Source: Alphaproteobacteria bacterium (lineage in GTDB: Bacteria; Pseudomonadota; Alphaproteobacteria; Rs-D84). Taken from it: 64,000 nucleotides of DNA. The first letter of the stretch is position 1; every line of letters begins with the position of its first letter. Of this stretch, positions 40,092-48,649 are shown one piece after another. A program made the translations under genes and the position numbers. The stretch is from positions 78,924 to 142,923 of the forward strand of contig JAKSTF010000001.1 in NCBI GenBank assembly GCA_024402715.1, given 5' to 3'. The notes beneath the pieces were generated by a model, which had not been told where the DNA came from, searched no databases, and saw only the letters and a list, made by a program, of their open reading frames with translations.

Positions 40092-42188
40092 ATGCTAGAA
40101 AATCTTAATCCAAATCAAAAATTGGCGGTCGAAACAACCGATGGTCCATTATTGGTATTATCTGGGGCAGGAACTGGTAAAACGTGTGTATTAACAACCC
40201 GGATTGCATATATTTTGGCCCGTGGTCTGGCCATGCCATGGCAAATATTGGCATTAACATTTACAAACAAGGCCGCAAATGAAATGAAAACACGGATTGC
40301 TGCATTTACAAATGAAAAATCGGCAGGATTGTGGTGTGGAACATTTCATTCAATCTGTTTACGTATATTGCGTGCAAATGCTGGTGCTGCTGGATTACGG
40401 CCAGATTTCCTAATTTACGGACCGGACGAACAAAAAACCGTTTTAAAGGGTGTTTTGACGGAAATGGGGTTGGATATCAAGGATTATAATCCATCTGATT
40501 GGGTTGAACGAATTTCCACAATAAAAGATCGTGGTTTGGTAAATAATATCGGTGACGGTAATACAATCACAACAAAAATCATAAATGCATATAATGCGGA
40601 AATGTCACGTTTGGGTGCGGTTGATTTTGGTGATTTGATATTTATGGTATTAAAATTATTCGATACATCTCCAGATATTTTGGAACGATATAAAAAACAA
40701 TTTAAATATATCTTAGTTGATGAATTTCAAGATACCAATCGTGCCCAGATGCAATTATTAGAAATGTTAACACGTGATATTGATATACCAAATATATGTT
40801 GTGTCGGTGATGACGATCAATCCATATATTCGTGGCGTGGTGCCGAGATTAAAAACATTTTAGAATTTGAAAAAACTTTTCCTGGTGCAACAGTAATTCG
40901 TTTGGAAATAAATTATCGCAGCACATCAAATATTTTAGGGGCTGCCAATTCGTTAATTCGTCACAACCAAGGACGTTTGGGCAAAGATTTACGTGCCGCA
41001 AATGAACAAAATAATGGGGAACCGGTGTATGTTTTAACCGTCCCATCCGATCGGGACGAGGTCCGTGTTATCGCCGATGCAATTGAACGAAAACCAAATG
41101 ATTTACCATATAATACTCATGCTGTTTTAATTCGCGCGGGTGCATTATCACGATTATTTGAAGAAGAATTTGCATCACGCGGATTACCATATAAATTGGT
41201 TGGTGCAACAAAATTCTATGATCGTACAGAAATACGTGATGCAATTGCATATTTACGGTTATTGGTATATCCATTTGATGATTTATCATTTTTACGCGTT
41301 ATTGCAAAACCACGACGTGGTTTTGGGCCCGCGGCGATTGCACGTCTGCGATCATGTGGTTCAAATTTAATGTCTGGTTTAAAATCAGCACAATTGGCAC
41401 CAAAATTACGGGCGGCTGCAAATGATTTTTTAAATGCATTTGATTTTACGTGGGATTTGGTTTCACCAAAGGATGCCGCACAGACATTATTGGATAAATC
41501 TGGTTATATAAAAATGTGGCGCGAATCCAAAGATCCGGATGCATCTGATCGATTGGATAACATTCGTGAATTAATAACGAACGTGATTTCAAAATACGAT
41601 ACATTGGCTGATTTTTTAGAACATGCTGCATTAATGATGACAGATGATAATGATTCTGATGATGCTGAAAATAATAATGATGCGGTAAGCATTATGACGA
41701 TACACGCCGCAAAAGGGTTGGAATTTGATACAGTATTTTTACCGGCATGGGAAGATGGTATATTTCCAAACGAAAAATCCACAAATGACGGCAGTTTAGA
41801 AGAAGAACGCCGATTGGCATACGTTGCGATAACACGCGGCCGTAAACGCGTAATTATATCCAATGCAATGCAACGATTAATTTTTGGTGAAATCAAATAT
41901 AATTCACCATCACGGTTTATAACCGAAATGGATAATAAATTTTTAGACTTTCAGGGTGCTGCTGTAAATCCATACGCCCGCAGTTATACACCATCATACG
42001 ATACACAAAAAACATATAAACAAGTAAAAACAACCGAAACGGTAAAAAAATCGTTGGTTGGTAAATTGGTTTCACATATTGAAATGGGCCATGGTGTTGT
42101 TTTAGAAGATGGTGGTGATATATTAACAATTGCATTTGGAACGCGTGGGATAAAAAAGGTTGCCAAAGAATTTATAAAATTTGATTAA
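40092..42188 (+). CDS. uvrD: UvrD/Rep/PcrA-family DNA helicase
   Basis: Trimmed to ATG 40092 (MLENLNPNQKLAV). Motif I LSGAGTGKTCVLT, motif II VDEFQDTN, motifs V/VI TIHAAKGLEFD .. EERRLAYVAITRGR. Confidence 0.9.
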   Translation: MLENLNPNQKLAVETTDGPLLVLSGAGTGKTCVLTTRIAYILARGLAMPWQILALTFTNKAANEMKTRIAAFTNEKSAGLWCGTFHSICLRILRANAGAAGLRPDFLIYGPDEQKTVLKGVLTEMGLDIKDYNPSDWVERISTIKDRGLVNNIGDGNTITTKIINAYNAEMSRLGAVDFGDLIFMVLKLFDTSPDILERYKKQFKYILVDEFQDTNRAQMQLLEMLTRDIDIPNICCVGDDDQSIYSWRGAEIKNILEFEKTFPGATVIRLEINYRSTSNILGAANSLIRHNQGRLGKDLRAANEQNNGEPVYVLTVPSDRDEVRVIADAIERKPNDLPYNTHAVLIRAGALSRLFEEEFASRGLPYKLVGATKFYDRTEIRDAIAYLRLLVYPFDDLSFLRVIAKPRRGFGPAAIARLRSCGSNLMSGLKSAQLAPKLRAAANDFLNAFDFTWDLVSPKDAAQTLLDKSGYIKMWRESKDPDASDRLDNIRELITNVISKYDTLADFLEHAALMMTDDNDSDDAENNNDAVSIMTIHAAKGLEFDTVFLPAWEDGIFPNEKSTNDGSLEEERRLAYVAITRGRKRVIISNAMQRLIFGEIKYNSPSRFITEMDNKFLDFQGAAVNPYARSYTPSYDTQKTYKQVKTTETVKKSLVGKLVSHIEMGHGVVLEDGGDILTIAFGTRGIKKVAKEFIKFD

Positions 42189-42189
42189 T

Positions 42190-42222
42190 AAAAAATATCC
42201 CAAAAAATTGGGATATTTTTTT
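42190..42222. terminator. Bidirectional terminator closing the virB3-virB4 operon and uvrD
   Basis: AAAAAATATCCCA-AAAAAT-TGGGATATTTTTT. Confidence 0.8.
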
Positions 42223-42931
42223 ATTTATTATTATAATACTTTCGTTTCTCAACCTCATCATACATTTTAGATACTTCATTATTAAGTGTATCCATACATG
42301 ATTCTATGGATTCTTTATTGTTTTTTAAATTATTACATTGTGTTTCACATTCTTTTACAGTATCACCCGCTTTGCTGGCTGCCATTTTACAATCTGTTAA
42401 CATTTTTTTAAATAATACACTTTTGTTAACATTTTTCGCATTTATATATGTTTGCATTTTATCTATGTTTCTTTTTAAACATTTTGCCGCATCTTCAAGA
42501 CTATATGCCGAACAATTTTCGAATTGTTGCATTATATTATTTGCGTTTTTCGAATCGGATGTTTCGGCACCGTTGGCCTCTAATTTAGCCTGTAAAACCG
42601 ATTTTTCCAATTGTGCCTTTAAACGACGAAGGGTGGCCTCTAAAAAATCGTATTGTTTTTTCATTTGTTGTGTAACAACGGTTGTTTTTAAAGCAACAAC
42701 TTCATTCATTAATTCGCGTTCTGTGAACGTTGTAACATTTCCTGTATTACCGATATTATAAACATGCGTACTGCATATCGCCAATGTTGGATTTATATAT
42801 GAATTATTATCGTCATCACAACCGGTTTTGTTTTCTGCATTTACCGGTGAATAAATACAAAAACACAACAAAATCACCGCAAAAAATTTGCTTACAACAG
42901 ATTTATAAAAATTCATTTTATATTGCGACAT
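42221..42931 (-). CDS. Secreted helical protein, 8 Cys in the mature part; last gene of the virB3-virB4 operon
   Basis: Signal peptide ..CFCIYSPVNA|EN; coiled-coil segment QQMKKQYDFLEATLRRLKAQLEKSVLQAKLEA. Its start overlaps the upstream stop by 1 nt. No family recognised; the size and helicity are VirB5-like, but this is only a guess. Confidence 0.65.
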   Translation of the reverse strand: MSQYKMNFYKSVVSKFFAVILLCFCIYSPVNAENKTGCDDDNNSYINPTLAICSTHVYNIGNTGNVTTFTERELMNEVVALKTTVVTQQMKKQYDFLEATLRRLKAQLEKSVLQAKLEANGAETSDSKNANNIMQQFENCSAYSLEDAAKCLKRNIDKMQTYINAKNVNKSVLFKKMLTDCKMAASKAGDTVKECETQCNNLKNNKESIESCMDTLNNEVSKMYDEVEKRKYYNNK

Positions 42932-44682
42932 TATTTAAAATCTTTTTGTATTTTCCCATTACATCTATCAAATGCATCTTTATCTTTAAAAAATTTACTA
43001 CAATCACATTCTCCATTTGTATAAAATCCACCTGCTCCTTCACAAAACTTTTGTTCATATACATTCTTTCTAATAATGCTATTATTTTTATCACATTTAT
43101 ATATGCTGTAATCTAAACTAGATTCATTAGAATCATAACAAAAACACTGTCCCAAATATTCAGACCATATAGCATCATTCTTTGCCGGTTGAATTTCCAC
43201 TATTTCATAATTATCCTTATCGTCGTACACAAGTTCTTTTTCAACTATTTTTTCCTCACAAAGATTTCTTCTATTCTCCATTATAGAACTATCATTTGCA
43301 ATATAATCATGCGAACTTTTTAAACCAGACTCGCTAATACAAATTTTGTCTGGTAATTTTTTTGATGCCGTATATTTTAATAAATTTCCATAATCATGTG
43401 ATGTTATTGCACAATATTTTACAATATCATCATTTTCCAATTTTTTATTGCGGCCTGAACGGATGCTGTCCTGTTCAATGATACGTTTTAACGTTTCAAT
43501 ATCTATATTTGATGCCTTTCTGCGGTTTTTAAATAATGTGGATGTTTCCAGGGCCTCTGACGCGCAGGCAATACGAACCTCGCCACCACTGCCATTTTCT
43601 GGGTTTAACCAACTTGTTTTTACATCATCTTCGTTATTTAATAATTTAATTAATCTACAATTTCCTTCTTTCACTTCTTCTTCAATTTTTTTACCTGCAA
43701 CGACATTAGAACACACATATTCGCCCCATACATTGCATGTGCCATTTAACATTAAATAAATATTCGTTAAATCAACACCAACCGTTTGTGCCAATGTCAA
43801 TGCATCGTATAATTCATCCAAAACGTTTTCATACGGATCAAAAAATTCCATTGCATTTTGTTTAAATTTTTTCACACGTTTTGGTCCGGTACAATTACTG
43901 CCCGTTGAATCACAGCCCGCATAATCAAATGTTGTTTTCATTACGGCCTTTAACGTTTTTAATTGCGTTTCGGCATTTTCTATTTTTGATAAAATCTGGC
44001 CTGAAATTTGTTCACGAATCAAAACATCTGATGAAACACCATTTTGTGCCGCATTAATCTGTGAATCTGATACATTTATTGGATTTGTTGCCTGGGCAAC
44101 GGCCGCCGCCTGGGCCTGGGCGGCAACACGTTTTTGTTCTTCTAATGCGTTTTGCAATTGTGAAACGGTTGCCTGATTTTGTGCTGCCATTTCTTGCTGC
44201 ATTTGTTGCATCTGCTGTTGCATTTGTTGAATTTGTTGTGCACTTTGTTGGGCCGCCATTTGTGCCGCAGAATTTTGTGCATCTGCCGCCATTTGATTCG
44301 CACGTGCTGTGGAATTTGCAACCAATTGTGCTGCAATATAATTAACTAATTCATCGCCATATTTTTGACATTCTTCTTTGGATGCAACACATCCGGCAAC
44401 AATTGATGATGCCACAGACATATCTGTACACCCACCGGATGAACATTTTGGTGTCGCACAACGCATAATTATCGCATTACAATTTCCAAAATTTGCCTCT
44501 GGTGCGGTGGTGGCAGAACTGCGGCCGCTGACCATTGCATTCCAATTATTACCAATTCCTAAACCATTATTACTGTTAAATGCAGTCAAATTATCACCGG
44601 CCGTCGTTGGCACAGGCGACGCATGTACACCATACGTGGCCAACGCAAATGCAATTGGTAAAATTTTTGGCAATGATATCAT
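42931..44682 (-). CDS. Secreted 583-aa protein with 22 cysteines and a Gln/Ala-rich coiled-coil tract
   Basis: Signal peptide ..ALATYGVHA|SP; AAQMAAQQSAQQIQQMQQQMQQMQQEMAAQNQ; Cys clusters at both ends (..GNCNAIIMRCATPKCSSGGC.. and ..KFCEGAGGFYTNGECDCSKFF..RCNG). No TM segments. Confidence 0.7.
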   Translation of the reverse strand: MISLPKILPIAFALATYGVHASPVPTTAGDNLTAFNSNNGLGIGNNWNAMVSGRSSATTAPEANFGNCNAIIMRCATPKCSSGGCTDMSVASSIVAGCVASKEECQKYGDELVNYIAAQLVANSTARANQMAADAQNSAAQMAAQQSAQQIQQMQQQMQQMQQEMAAQNQATVSQLQNALEEQKRVAAQAQAAAVAQATNPINVSDSQINAAQNGVSSDVLIREQISGQILSKIENAETQLKTLKAVMKTTFDYAGCDSTGSNCTGPKRVKKFKQNAMEFFDPYENVLDELYDALTLAQTVGVDLTNIYLMLNGTCNVWGEYVCSNVVAGKKIEEEVKEGNCRLIKLLNNEDDVKTSWLNPENGSGGEVRIACASEALETSTLFKNRRKASNIDIETLKRIIEQDSIRSGRNKKLENDDIVKYCAITSHDYGNLLKYTASKKLPDKICISESGLKSSHDYIANDSSIMENRRNLCEEKIVEKELVYDDKDNYEIVEIQPAKNDAIWSEYLGQCFCYDSNESSLDYSIYKCDKNNSIIRKNVYEQKFCEGAGGFYTNGECDCSKFFKDKDAFDRCNGKIQKDFK

Positions 44683-44768
44683 ATTCTCTCTTAATCTATA
44701 TAATAAAATATTATCATAATTTTCTGTTACATGAAAGATAAAAAATTATTATCAAAAAAAACGTAAAA

Positions 44769-45389
44769 CTATAAAATACATCTTTTTAATGCGGCCCCTG
44801 TATCATTAATATCAACACGACGATTACGTATTTCTTCGGCAGCCTTTATTTTTTGCATAATCAATATTAAATCTGGATGTGAACGCAAATCTTGGTTCAT
44901 TTTATCAACCGCCGTATCAATATCTGTGGCATCACGAACAAATATTGGTGTTATTGAATCGGATGCAATTTGTATTGATTTTTTTAAATCATTATTAAAT
45001 TCATCCATAATCGACATGTATGCACGTATATGTTCATCTTCGTGTGTTAATATTGCGTTATATGAACATGTATCTGGTATATGTCGTATATCAATTTGAA
45101 CCAAAAAATCACTGTATCCTACAGATGCATCTACACTTTTTAATGAAACACAATAACCATCTTCAATTTGTGTAATATCGGCAATTATTTCATAATTATC
45201 GGTCATTGTTGCAATTACATTTCCATGTAATAAATCCATTTCACGTAATGGTTGAACAACCTGTTTTGTCCATACCGGGGTTATTATATTTACATTTGGA
45301 TGTAATTTATACGCTAAACAATCATCTGATGCATTTGAAACAAATGGTAAAAAAAACATGAATAATATCAATATTTTTGACCAAAACAT
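44769..45389 (-). CDS. Secreted 206-aa protein with an HExxH motif (candidate zincin, DUF922-like?)
   Basis: Signal peptide MFWSKILILFMFFLPFVSNA|SDD; motif AILTHEDEHIRAY. Starts 8 nt after the virB4 stop. Confidence 0.65.
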   Translation of the reverse strand: MFWSKILILFMFFLPFVSNASDDCLAYKLHPNVNIITPVWTKQVVQPLREMDLLHGNVIATMTDNYEIIADITQIEDGYCVSLKSVDASVGYSDFLVQIDIRHIPDTCSYNAILTHEDEHIRAYMSIMDEFNNDLKKSIQIASDSITPIFVRDATDIDTAVDKMNQDLRSHPDLILIMQKIKAAEEIRNRRVDINDTGAALKRCIL

Positions 45390-45397
45390 TTTTATTA

Positions 45398-47824
45398 TTA
45401 CAGGTCACCTGCCCCCTGTTTTTTCAAATATTCTGAAACAAATGCATTACCGTATTGTGAATACAATTCTTCTGCCAATAATACAGATGGACGGCCTGAT
45501 TCAAATAATCGTAACATATTCCCCAAACCACCCAATTCCGTATTCAATATTACAGATTCACCGGTTACAGGACGAGATAACAACACCGCACGTTTCAAAT
45601 TCGGATATGCACGTCCACGTATAAAATCCATTTCCAACGGATTTAAATTCCAATGTGAATAATCATTTGTATCCGCTGCAGGATTCCTGAAAAACATTAC
45701 CGTTTGAATTTGCCCACGTGCAACATCACCTATGCCCAATTTATCTAAAATATTTGCACGTTGGAATGCCACCATATATGCCTGACGATTTTTTCGCCCC
45801 TCTTGTAAACCAGCAATAAAATTATCACGAAACATTTTATTTTCTAACATTGGTGCCGTTTCATCAATCATTATCAGTGATGGGTTACCACCGGATACTG
45901 TAATATTGTTTATTCTGTGTAATATATACGATAACACTGCTGGGGCCAATGTTTCATCCTGTAAAACATCCGTAAAATCAAATGTTGTTAATCGTGATTG
46001 TAAATCCAGTGTATCATTTTCTTCATTAAACATATCCCCATATTGTAATGGATCAATCCATTTTTTTAATTGTGGTCTGACATTGCCAGATGCAGAAAAA
46101 CAACTTTCCCATAAATTTTTTAATAATCTGTCTTTTTCAGATAAATAATCAAAATTAACAGATACTGCACGTGCAATTTCATCAGCAGATTCTGAGTCCG
46201 TTGCACCCGTAATTATTGAAAACCAACGACGCAAAAATGCACGATTTGCCGCCGTATCCGGCATTTTTAATGGATTTAAACGGGTTTGAAATGATATACC
46301 AGATTCATTTTTTTCACGTCCCTGCATGGTGATATATTTACCGCCAACCGCCAATGTAAATATTTCAGCCCCATGATTACGATCAAAGAAAAATGCCTTT
46401 AATTTTGGATGACGTAATGACTGTGAAATTAAAAAACTGAACAATGTTGTTTTACCGCCGCCTGTTGGTCCAATTGTCATTGTATGTCCAACAGCAGCCG
46501 GTTTATCTGATACATGAAATTGAAATTGATATGGCGTACCCTGGGCTGTAGGAAAAACAACCAATGGTCCTGATCCCCAATCAGAATTTGCGACACCACG
46601 TGGTTGTGAATCCATTGGTATACTGGTGGCAGCCGTTTTTGACAACATTTTGAAACTGCGTGGAAATGTATCAAAACCCGGAATTAATGAAAACCATGAA
46701 ACTTTTGCTGCATATGTTTCAACAATCGGTGATACACCATATGATGCAGATATTTTTTTAAATTCATCAACGTACTTATTTAATTCATCAATATTGTCTG
46801 CATACAAAACAAATAAAGGGTAATAATTAACCAAATTTTGATTTCCAACAATATTTTCATCCATTGCGTTTTTTGCAACATCAATTTGTTGTTCTGTTGT
46901 TTCAAAATTATCATCATTTGCAGTCGCACGTCGTTGACGTAAAACATTTTGAATATCTGCTGTTCCCATTATATGAAATGCATTCATACAAATCATTTCT
47001 GTTTGTATTGTTGAAATTGCCGAAAAGAATTCTTCATCCATATAATCTGGGGATATTTTAAATGATATCATTGCAGAAAATGAATTTTTATCACCACTGG
47101 TATATTGAACATAACCATTTTTTAAAAATTTAATATCATCAACAGTTGTAACATCTGCAATACTGTTATCACATACAATGGGCTGTGGTTTTGTAATTGG
47201 TGATAAAATCCGACCAAAAAAACGTGCCATATTATCTGTTGAATTATTTTTCAATAACATCGGTTTATATGCTGCCAAAACAGATTCAATATAATTCCCA
47301 TATTGATTCAGTTTTTCACGTGAATTAGAACCATAAACAGATAAAACAATATAATAATCATTTAAAAATATCTGCAAACCACGTGTTTGCCATTTATCAT
47401 ATATTTTTTGTAATACAGGTTGATCAAATTCATAATCTGTATTTTCATCAGATGCATTACGAACAGTAAAAAAACGAATTATTACATTCGGATCACGAAT
47501 TTGATTAAATAAACTGGCACGTAAATCCAAAAATTTTTCGTGTGCTGTTGGATTTTGCATACTTGTTTGTATACCTGCAACACGATAAACACGCACCAAT
47601 GCACCATTAATCAATTGTAACGAATTATCATTGTATACAGTATTAAATGGTAAATACTGAGAATAACTACCATATCCAAATTTTGGCAAAATACGCCGTG
47701 TTAAAACAGGTAAATATATCATCAACGCAATAAAAACCAATATGACTGCCATAGATAAAACAAGCATCGTCATCGGAAATCCACTACCTGCAAAGTATTC
47801 AAAAAAATTATTCATGTTATGCAA
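45398..47824 (-). CDS. virB4: Type IV secretion ATPase VirB4/TrbE family
   Basis: 808 aa with an N-terminal TM; Walker A TIGPTGGGKTTLFSF; Walker B-like PSLIMIDETAPML. Overlaps virB3 by 8 nt. Confidence 0.9.
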   Translation of the reverse strand: MHNMNNFFEYFAGSGFPMTMLVLSMAVILVFIALMIYLPVLTRRILPKFGYGSYSQYLPFNTVYNDNSLQLINGALVRVYRVAGIQTSMQNPTAHEKFLDLRASLFNQIRDPNVIIRFFTVRNASDENTDYEFDQPVLQKIYDKWQTRGLQIFLNDYYIVLSVYGSNSREKLNQYGNYIESVLAAYKPMLLKNNSTDNMARFFGRILSPITKPQPIVCDNSIADVTTVDDIKFLKNGYVQYTSGDKNSFSAMISFKISPDYMDEEFFSAISTIQTEMICMNAFHIMGTADIQNVLRQRRATANDDNFETTEQQIDVAKNAMDENIVGNQNLVNYYPLFVLYADNIDELNKYVDEFKKISASYGVSPIVETYAAKVSWFSLIPGFDTFPRSFKMLSKTAATSIPMDSQPRGVANSDWGSGPLVVFPTAQGTPYQFQFHVSDKPAAVGHTMTIGPTGGGKTTLFSFLISQSLRHPKLKAFFFDRNHGAEIFTLAVGGKYITMQGREKNESGISFQTRLNPLKMPDTAANRAFLRRWFSIITGATDSESADEIARAVSVNFDYLSEKDRLLKNLWESCFSASGNVRPQLKKWIDPLQYGDMFNEENDTLDLQSRLTTFDFTDVLQDETLAPAVLSYILHRINNITVSGGNPSLIMIDETAPMLENKMFRDNFIAGLQEGRKNRQAYMVAFQRANILDKLGIGDVARGQIQTVMFFRNPAADTNDYSHWNLNPLEMDFIRGRAYPNLKRAVLLSRPVTGESVILNTELGGLGNMLRLFESGRPSVLLAEELYSQYGNAFVSEYLKKQGAGDL

Positions 47825-48107
47825 TTAATCTCCCTGGGATTTTTTGTTTAAACAGTTGGAATTTTGATGCCAAAATCTGTCCCAATTGTGGATCACGTTT
47901 CGCAAATGGCATCAGTATTAAATGAACACATATAACTGATAACAAAAACCAAAGTGGGTTTGGAGCTTCATGCCATAATATTAATTCCGATACCATAACA
48001 ATAATAAATACCAAAAACTGAACCGCAAAATTCAACACCGCCAACGTGTACGGTACAAAAAATATACGTGCTGGATTTGCCAATGCTTTCAGTACTGGTT
48101 GTCGCAT
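47817..48107 (-). CDS. virB3: Type IV secretion protein VirB3/TrbD family
   Basis: 96 aa; LKALANPARIFFVPYTLAVLNF.. plus two hydrophobic helices and ..AKRDPQ.., as in VirB3. Translationally coupled to virB4. Confidence 0.8.
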   Translation of the reverse strand: MRQPVLKALANPARIFFVPYTLAVLNFAVQFLVFIIVMVSELILWHEAPNPLWFLLSVICVHLILMPFAKRDPQLGQILASKFQLFKQKIPGRLIA

Positions 48108-48139
48108 AATTGTAAAATCCCCCCCCTGTTAATGTTTGA

Positions 48140-48168
48140 ATTATACCAATTTCGACATTTTTCAACAA
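48140..48168 (-). promoter_or_regulatory. Candidate promoter of the virB3 operon
   Basis: On the minus strand, TTGTTG (48168-48163), 17 nt, TATAAT (48145-48140). A G8 tract (48126-48119) lies 11 nt before ATG 48107. Confidence 0.4.
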
Positions 48169-48379
48169 GCATAAAAATTTTTTTCAAAATTTGGTTAATT
48201 ATGTAAAAAAAGATGTATTTTTTAACATGTTCATAAAACATATATTTTTTTAACAAATTTAATATAACCACCGTAAATTCTAGAAAAAATTGTTGAAAAA
48301 CTGTTTACAAATAAATGAAAAGTATTTTCAACAAAATAAACAATCCCAACAATAACAACAAAAAAAATATAATAATAAT

Positions 48380-48407
48380 TTGATTTTTTATAAAAAGCGT
48401 TTATAAT
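48380..48407 (+). promoter_or_regulatory. Candidate promoter of rpmJ
   Basis: TTGATT (48380-48385), 16 nt, TATAAT (48402-48407). RBS AAAAGGA lies before ATG 48431. Confidence 0.5.
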
Positions 48408-48430
48408 GCCAAGGCAAAAAGGATCCAAAT

Positions 48431-48565
48431 ATGAAATTTTTAAGTTCTTTAAAGGCTTGGAAAAAACGCGGTAATGTTAAACAAATTCGCCGTGGAAAAC
48501 AGGTTATTTTAATCGACCCTGAAAATCCTAAATTCAAGGCCAAACAGGGGTTCAAAAAGAAATAA
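48431..48565 (+). CDS. rpmJ: 50S ribosomal protein L36 (cysteine-free, rickettsia/YkgO-like type); not in the ORF track because it is under 60 aa
   Basis: Own translation: MKFLSSLKAWKKRGNVKQIRRGKQVILIDPENPKFKAKQGFKKK. It matches the MK..sSLK..K.R......v.RrG...vi.k.NpkfKakQG pattern of alphaproteobacterial L36. Confidence 0.85.
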   Translation: MKFLSSLKAWKKRGNVKQIRRGKQVILIDPENPKFKAKQGFKKK

Positions 48566-48612
48566 TAGATCATATATTATATATTGTTATAATATTGATT
48601 TTGTCTTTTATG

Positions 48613-48637
48613 CCGGCACGTTAGTGTCGGTTTTTTT
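48613..48637 (+). terminator. Intrinsic terminator after rpmJ
   Basis: CCGGCAC-GTTA-GTGTCGG (one G-U pair) followed by TTTTTTT. Confidence 0.7.
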
Positions 48638-48649
48638 AATAATTATGTA

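Noticed and set aside
42306-42761. 151-aa plus-strand ORF opposite orf236
   Set aside because: The minus-strand frame has a signal peptide, is translationally coupled to orf583 and ends at the operon terminator. The plus-strand ORF has none of these.
48231-48428. 65-aa hydrophobic minus-strand ORF in the virB3-rpmJ spacer, considered as a VirB2-type pilin
   Set aside because: Its start abuts the rpmJ start codon and it overlaps the rpmJ promoter. It lacks the signal peptide plus two-helix layout of VirB2. Its Tyr/Phe/Ile/Asn composition is what AT-rich non-coding DNA yields.
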